From Struthio camelus (Eukaryota): 64,000 nt of DNA. The first letter of the stretch is position 1, and every line of letters begins with the position of its first letter. This document shows positions 55,250 through 64,000 of this stretch, one piece after another. The position numbers were made by a program, and so were the translations under genes. The stretch covers positions 981,853 through 1,045,852 of the forward strand of contig NC_090973.1 in NCBI RefSeq assembly GCF_040807025.1, written 5' to 3'. The notes below the pieces were generated by a model. That model did not search any database. It saw nothing but the letters and a program-made list of their open reading frames with translations, and had not been told where the DNA came from.

Positions 55250-57000
55250 GGTGGGGTGGGGGGGAGCGACTGCCCCGGAATTGGGGTGTAGCTCTGTGGG
55301 GGTCGCCGCAAGATCGAGGTGTAGCTGCGTGGAGTCAGCCTGGTTCAGGGGTGTAGCTGCATGGGGGTCACCGTGAGATCAGGGTGTAGCTGCCTCGGGT
55401 CAGCCTGGCTGAGGGGCGTAGCTGCTTGGGGTCACCGTGAGATCAGGGTGTAGCTGCCTCGGGTCAGCCCGGCTGAGGGGTGTAGCTGCGTGGGGGCCAC
55501 CATGAGATCAGGGTGTAGCTGCGTGAGGTCAGCCCGGCTGAGGGGTGTAGCTGCGTGGGGGCCACCATGAGATCGGGCTGTAGCTGCATGGAGTCAGCCC
55601 GGCTGAGGGTTGTAGCTGCTTGGGGTCACCGTGAGATCAGGGTGTAGCTGGCTCGGGTCAGCCCTGCTGAGGGGTGTAGCTGCGTGGGGGTCACCATGAG
55701 ATCAGGGTGTAGCTGCGTGGAGTCAGCCCAGCTAAGGGTTGTAGCTGCCTGTGGTCACCGTGAGATCAGGGTGTAGCTGCCTGGGGTCAGCCCTGCTGAG
55801 GGGTGTAGCTGCGTGGGGGTCACCGTGAGATCAGGGTGTAGCTGCGTGGAGTCAGCCTGGCTGAGGGTTGTAGCTGCTTGGGGTCACCGTGAGATCAGGG
55901 TGTAGCTGCCTGGGGTTAGCCCGGCTGAGGGGTGTAGCTGTGTGGGGGTCACCATGAGATCAGGGTGTAGCTGCGTGGAGTCAGCCCGGCTGAGGGTTGT
56001 AGCTGCTTGGGGTCACCGTGAGATCAGGGTGTAGCTGCCTGGGGTTAGCCCGGCTGAGGGGTGTAGCTGTGTGGGGGTCACCATGAGATCAGGGTGTAGC
56101 TGCGTGGAGTCAGCCCGGCTGAGGGTTGTAGCTGCTCGGGGTCACTGCGAGATTGGGCTGTAGCTACATGGGGTGACTGAGATCAGGGTGTAGTTCCCTG
56201 GGGTCACCCTGACTCTGGGGTGTAGCTGCCTGAGGTCACCCCAGTTTTGGGGTGCAGCTGCCTGGGGGTACCCCAGATATCAGGGTACCACTGCGTAGGG
56301 GCACCCCAAATTTTTGGGTGTAGCTGCCTGGGGTGACCCCGTTGTTGGGGTGCAGCTCCCTTGGGAGATCCTAGTTTTGGGGTGCAGCTGTGAGGTCACC
56401 GTGGATTTCAGGGTGCCACTGCCTGAGGGTACCCCAAATTTTTGGGTGCCGCTGCCTGGAGGAACCCCAGATATCAGGGTGCCACTGCCTGAGGGTACCC
56501 CAAATTTTTGGGTGCTGCTGCCTGGAGGAACCCCAGATATCAGGGTGCCACTGCCTAGAGGTACCCCAAATTTTTGGGTGCCACTGCCTGGAGGAACCCC
56601 AGATATCAGGGTGCCACTGCCTGAGGGTACCCCAAATTTTTGGGTGCCGCTGCCTGGAGGAACCCCAGATATCAGGGTGCCACTGCCTGAGGGTACCCCA
56701 AATTTTTGGGTGCTGCTGCCTGGAGGAACCCCATATATCAGGGTGCCACTGCCTAGAGGTACCCCAAATTTTTGGGTGCCACTGCCTGGAAGTATCCTAA
56801 ATTTCAGGGTGCAGCTCCCTGGGGGTTCCCCAAACTTTTGGGTGCCGCAGCCTGGGGGTATCCCAGACTTCAGGGTGCAGCTCCCTGGGGTTCTACCCCA
56901 AATATTTGGGTGCCGCTGCCTGGGGCTACCTCCCGTTTTTGGGTGCAGCTCCCTGGGGTTCTCCCCCCACCCCTTTACCTTCCGGGGTGCCGTTCCGTGG
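55250..57000. repeat. Two minisatellites: ~63/126-bp gggtgtagctgcgtgggggtcaccatgagatcagggtgtagctgcgtggagtcagcccggctgag (55250-56300) and ~60/120-bp gggtgccactgcctgagggtaccccaaatttttgggtgccgctgcctggaggaaccccagatatca (56300-57000)
   Basis: Regular periodicity in the SRCAP intron between exons 55054-55246 and 57039-57175. Confidence 0.9.
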
Positions 57001-57038
57001 GGGGCACCTCCATATTTGACCCCCCCCCCCCCCCGCAG

Positions 57039-57175
57039 GTGCTGCGCCCCTTCCTGCTGCGCCGGGTGAAGGTGGACGTGGAGAAGCAGATGCCCAAGAA
57101 GTACGAGCACGTCATCAAGTGCCGCCTGTCCAAGCGGCAGCGCTACCTCTACGACGACTTCATGGGCCAGGCCAG
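57039..57175 (+). CDS. SRCAP: SRCAP exon (SNF2 ATPase)
   Basis: cag acceptor 57036-57038. Encodes [45 protein letters not shown](S). gtgag donor 57176. Confidence 0.9.
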
Positions 57176-57309
57176 GTGAGCGGGCCGGGGACGCCGGGGT
57201 CCCCTCCGCCGTCCCCCGTCACGCCCCCTCCCTCCCTCCCCCTTCCCCCCCCCGCCTCCTCCCCCCCAGTCTCCTCAGCCTGTCACCCGTCCCCCGCCAC
57301 CCCCCGCAG

Positions 57310-57496
57310 CACCAAGGCCACCCTGGCCACGGGCCACTTCATGAGCGTCATCAACGTGCTGATGCAGCTGCGCAAGGTGTGCAACCACCCCAACCTCTTC
57401 GACCCGCGGCCCATCCACTCGCCCTTCATCACCGAGGGCATCTGCTTCGTCACCGCCTCGCTCGTCCTGCGCGCCCTCGACCCCGACCCCTTCAAG
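57310..57496 (+). CDS. SRCAP: SRCAP exon (SNF2 ATPase)
   Basis: cag acceptor 57307-57309. Encodes (S)TKATLATGHFMSVINVLMQLRKVCNHPNLFDPRPIHSPFITEGICFVTASLVLRALDPDPFK. gtgacg donor 57497. Confidence 0.9.
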
Positions 57497-57499
57497 GTG

Positions 57500-60414
<2,915 letters not shown>

Positions 60415-60439
60415 TCACAGGGGGTGGTGGGTCCCCATG

Positions 60440-60870
60440 GGGGGGGTGCCAGGGTGTTTCAGGGGGGGTGGGGGCCGGGTGCTCACCCATGGGTGCTCCC
60501 CCCTCCCCCCAGGATGCTGCAGCCCCCGCCCCGGAGGGTATTTCGGGGGGGTGGGGGCTAGGTGCTCACCCATGGGTGCTCCCCCCCCCCAGAATGCTGC
60601 AGCCCCCCCCCGGAGGGTATTTCGGGGGGTGGGGGCCGGGTGCTCACCCATGGGTGCTTCCCCCCCCCCAGGATGCTGCAGCCCCCCCCCCCGGGGGGGG
60701 TGTTTCGGGGGGTTGGGGTGGGGGCTGGCTGCTCACCCATGGGTGCTCCCCCCTCCCCCACAGGATGCTGCAGCCCCCCCCCCCGGGGGGGTGTTTCGGG
60801 GGGTTGGGGTGGGGGCTGGCTGCTCACCCATGGGTGCTCCCCCCTCCCCCACAGGATGCTGCAGGCCCCC
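60440..60870. repeat. ~85-bp tandem repeat x5 that duplicates the SRCAP exon-P acceptor and exon start
   Basis: The unit is gtgctcacccatgggtgctcccccctcccccacagGATGCTGCAGCCCCC... Copies of cag|GATGCTGCAG lie at ~60511, 60592 (cagaATGCTGCAG), 60681 and 60763, and the real acceptor is at 60852-60854. Confidence 0.9.
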
Positions 60871-61108
60871 CCCAAGGCGGAGGGCCGGGTGCTGGTGCCG
60901 CCGGGGCCCCGGCCCCCCCCCGCGCCGCCCCCCGCCGCCACCGCCGCCCCCCCGCCGCCGCCGCTGCCCCCCGCCGGCCCCCCCGGCGCCCCCCTGGCCC
61001 TGGGGCTGGGGCTGGGCCTGGCCCTGGCCGCCCCCCCCCGGCCCCCGCCCCCACCGCCGCCACCGCCCACCCTCCTGCCCCCCCTCGGCCCCGCCGCCCC
61101 CGCCCACG
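60855..61108 (+). CDS. SRCAP: SRCAP exon (proline-rich)
   Basis: cacag acceptor 60852-60854. Encodes (R)MLQAPPKAEGRVLVPPGPRPPPAPPPAATAAPPPPPLPPAGPPGAPLALGLGLGLALAAPPRPPPPPPPPPTLLPPLGPAAPAH, versus human RMLQPVPKQEGRTVVVVNNPRAPLGPV.... gtgagg donor 61109. Confidence 0.8.
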
Positions 61109-61109
61109 G

Positions 61110-61800
61110 TGAGGGGGCGGGGCCGGGAGGGAGGGGGGCGGGGCCGGAGGGGGGCGGGCGTGGGGGTTTGAGAGGGGTGGGAGGGGGCGGGGCTTGGGTG
61201 CAGGGGGCGGGACCGGATGGAGGGGCGGGGCTGTGAGGGAGGGGGCGGGGCTGTACTATGGGGATTACTAGGAGGGGCGGGGCTTGTGCGCAGGGGGGGC
61301 GGGGCTGGGCTGTGAGAGGGATGGGTGGGGAGGGGGCGGGGCTTGGCTATAAGGATTACTAGGAGGGGGCGGGGCTTGTGCACAGGTGGCGGGGCTGGGG
61401 TGGAGGGGCGGGGCCGGGCTGTGGCCGGTAATAGGGGGCGGGGCTTGTGCGCAGGGGTGGGGTGGGGGCGGGGCTGGACTGGGAGGGGTGGAGGGAGGGG
61501 CTGGAGCTGAGGGTGGGGCTTGACTGGGAGATAAAAGGGGGTGGGGCTTGGCTGGGTGGCAGGGGGTAATGGAGGAGGTGGGGCTTGGCTGGGGGCGGGG
61601 CTTGCTGCGGGGGAGGGGCGGGGCTGGGGGCCTGGGTGGGTTTGGAGGGGGTGGGAGGGGGCGGGATTTGGCTGGGGGCGGGGCTGAGCAGCCGGGGTAA
61701 ATAAGGGGGTGGTATTCGAGATGGGCGGGGCTTGGCTGGGCAATAGGGCTACTGGGGGTATTGGAGGGGCGTGGCTTGGGGCATCTGGGGGCGGGGCCTA
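61110..61800. promoter_or_regulatory. SRCAP: Intronic array of ~25 consensus Sp1/KLF GC boxes (GGGGCGGGGC) with TATA-like CTATAAGG / GATAAAAGG / GTAAATAAGG insertions
   Basis: The unit GGGGGCGGGGCTTG(G/T)... recurs every 25-60 bp between SRCAP exons 60855-61108 and 61830-62087. It is a candidate internal promoter or enhancer, or a pure minisatellite. Confidence 0.35.
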
Positions 61801-61829
61801 ACCCCCCCCCCCCAAAATCCTTCCCTCAG

Positions 61830-62087
61830 TGCTGCCGCCGCTGGCTGGAGCCGCCCTGGGAGCCGCCCGGCCGCCGGCGCCGCCCCCCGTCGCTGCCGCC
61901 GCCGCCGCCCCCCTGAAAGCGGGGCCGGGTCCCGTGGGGCTGGGCCGGCCCCCGGGCGCCCCCCAAGCATCCCCGGCGCCCCCCAAGCCCGGCCCGGGGG
62001 CCCCCGCGCCCCTGCCCGCCTACGCCTTCCCCGGCGCCGGCCCCCAGCGCCTGCTGCTCTCGCCCGACATGCAGGCCCGCCTGCCCT
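61830..62087 (+). CDS. SRCAP: SRCAP exon ending ...QRLLLSPDMQARLP
   Basis: ttccctcag acceptor 61827-61829. Encodes (V)LPPLAGAALGAARPPAPPPVAAAAAAPLKAGPGPVGLGRPPGAPQASPAPPKPGPGAPAPLPAYAFPGAGPQRLLLSPDMQARLP, versus human ...QRLILSPDMQARLP. gtgagt donor 62088. The gene continues beyond the window. Confidence 0.85.
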
Positions 62088-64000
62088 GTGAGTGTCACCC
62101 CGTCACCTGCTCGTGCTGTCACCCCCCGGCCCTGTCACCCCCCATCGCTGAGTGCGCCACCTGCTGGCAGCGTCCCCTCCCCACTAACGGTGTCCGCTGG
62201 GGGCCCTGTCGCACCCTAACGTTGTCACCCGCTCACGGTGTCACCCGCTGGCAGCGTCACCCCCCATCGGTGTCCCCCGCTGAGTGCGCCACCTGCTGGC
62301 AGCGTCCCCTCCCCACTAATGGTGTCCGCTGGGGGCCCTGTTGCACCCTAACGTTGTCACCCGCTCACGGTGTCACCCGCTGGCAGCGTCACCCCCCATC
62401 GGTGTCCCCCGCTGAGTGCGCCACCTGCTGGCAGCGTCCCCTCCCCACTAACGGTGTCCGCTAGGGGCCCTGTCGCACCCTAACGTTGTCACCCGCTCAC
62501 GGTGTCACCCGCTGGCAGCGTCACCCCCCATCGGTGTTCCCCGCTGAGTGCGCCACCTGCTGGCAGCGTCCCCTCCCCACTAACGGTGTCCGCTGGGGGC
62601 CCTGTCGCACCCTAACGTTGTCACCCGCTCACGGTGTCACCCGCTGGCAGCGTCACCCCCCATCGGTGTTCCCCGCTGAGTGCGCCACCTGCTGGCAGCG
62701 TCCCCTCCCCACTAACGGTGTCCGCTGGGGGCCCTGTCGCACCCTAATGTTGTCACCCGCTCATGGTGTCACCCGCTGGCTGCGTCACCCCCCCATCGGT
62801 GTCCCCCGCTGAGTGCGCCACCTGCTGGCAGCGTCCCCTCCCCACTAACGGTGTCCGCTGGGGGCCCTGTCGCACCCTAACGTTGTCACCCGCTCACGGT
62901 GTCACCCGCTGGCAGCGTCACCCCCCCATCGGTGTCCCCCGCTGAGTGCGCCACCTGCTGGTGGCATCCTCTCCTCGCTAATGGTGACTGCTGGTGGTGC
63001 TGTCACACCCTAACGTTGTCACCTGCTCATGGTGTCACCTGCTCGCGGTGTCACCACCTATTGGCATCCCCCCTATTGGTGTTCCCCGCTGACTATGCCA
63101 CCTGCTGACGGTCTTCTCCCTGCTAATGGTGTCAGCGGCTGACAGTGTCACACCCTAACGCTGTCACCCGCTGACAGTTTCCCCTGCTGACAGTTGCCCC
63201 CCCCATCAGTGACCCCCGCTGACCATACCACCTGCTAACAGTGTCAACTGGTGGCAGTGTTGCGCCCTAACATTGTCACCCGCTGGCAGTGTCCCCCTGC
63301 CATCGGTGACCCCCGCTGACGGTGTCCTCTCCCTGCTAACGGTGTCAGCTGGTGGTGGTGTCACCCGCTCATGGTGTCACCCGCTTGCGATGTCACCCCC
63401 TGTTGGTGTCCCCTGCTGACCGCATTCACCCACTGACGGTGTTCTCTCTCCCCTAACGGTGTCAGTGGGTTGCAGTGTTGCCCCCTAATGTTGTTGGCTG
63501 CTAGTGGTGTTGCTTGCTCGTGGTGTCACCGTCCCCTAATGGTGTCAGCGGGTGGCAGTGTCGTCCCCTAATGTTGTTGTCTGCTGGCAGTGTCACTTGC
63601 TCATGGTGTCACCCCGTAATAGCGTTCCTCCCTTACCAGCGTCCCCCGCTAACACCGTCACCCCCTAACAGCGTCCCCCGCTGACGGTGTCCCCTCCTAA
63701 CGGCGTCCCCCCTTACCGGCATCCCCCGCTAACACCGTCACCCCCTAACAGCGTCCCCCGCTGACGGTGTCCCCTCCTAACGGCGTCCCCCCTTACCGGC
63801 ATCCCCCGCTAACACCGTCACCCCCTAACAGCGTCCCCCGCTGACGGTGTCCCCTCCTAACGGCGTCCCCCCTTACCGGCATCCCCCGCTAACACCGTCA
63901 CCCTCCAACAGCGTCCCCTGCCGACAGCACGCCCCACTGATGGTGTCCCCCCCTAACCATGTCCCCCGTTACCAGCGTCCTCCATTAACACCGTCACCTC
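62088..64000. repeat. C-rich ~132-134-bp tandem repeat (gctgagtgcgccacctgctggcagcgtcccctccccactaacggtgtccgctgggggccctgtcgcaccctaacgttgtcacccgctcacggtgtcacccgctggcagcgtcaccccccatcggtgtcccccg) x~7, then diverged units and a ~60-bp array (63600-64000)
   Basis: It starts immediately at the gtgagtgtcacc donor. The track ORFs show 44-aa periodicity. Confidence 0.9.

Overview
This 64 kb window is vertebrate nuclear DNA with extreme GC content, most likely from a GC-rich avian (or other sauropsid) microchromosome, and well over half of it is tandem minisatellite. It is not prokaryotic: I see no CRISPR arrays, operons, rRNA or tRNA genes. Three + strand protein-coding genes are supported by conserved exon translations with GT/AG boundaries and consistent phase. 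They are ALDOA (complete 364-aa CDS, 8 coding exons, 1024-10442, AATAAA at 10506), PPP4C (complete 307-aa CDS, 8 coding exons, 16100-26242) and the 5' part of SRCAP (at least 17 conserved exons from 35927 to 62087, continuing past the window). I did not find the SRCAP start codon. ALDOA and PPP4C are adjacent as in human 16p11.2, but SRCAP lies only ~10 kb downstream of PPP4C here, whereas it is ~0.6 Mb away in human. Every intron and spacer is filled with minisatellites, usually G-rich on the + (coding) strand, and the six-frame ORF track is dominated by ORFs that are artefacts of these arrays. The signals that these features do not explain are listed below.
- Several intronic arrays are tandem copies of the neighbouring exon/intron junction, so they carry duplicated cryptic splice donors or acceptors with exon-like flanks. 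This is seen in SRCAP intron B (about 28 copies of the exon-B end plus GT), at the SRCAP exon-P acceptor (5 copies), in PPP4C introns 5 and 6, and in ALDOA introns 1, 2 and 7.
- One minisatellite family (GGGACCCAGGCGTCCGGG) flanks ALDOA in inverted orientation, with a third block inside PPP4C intron 4.
- A CAATTAG / CTAATTG motif field surrounds PPP4C exons 1-3 and flips orientation at exon 3.
- Palindromic arrays occur in the PPP4C 3' region (GGGACACGCGTGTCCC) and across SRCAP introns (CACCCATGGGTG).
- Candidate promoters comprise the following.
  - A CRE + ETS + Sp1 module at 13140-13260 that may be the PPP4C TSS.
  - A CpG island at 31290-32560 with seven TCTCGCGAGA copies, a ZNF143-like ACTACAAC..TCCCAGC motif and YY1-like sites, ending in a consensus CAG|GTAAGA donor, which may be SRCAP exon 1.
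  - A cluster of about 25 consensus Sp1 GC boxes inside a SRCAP intron.
  - Promoter-like modules at 27420-27615 and 28650-28692 between PPP4C and SRCAP.
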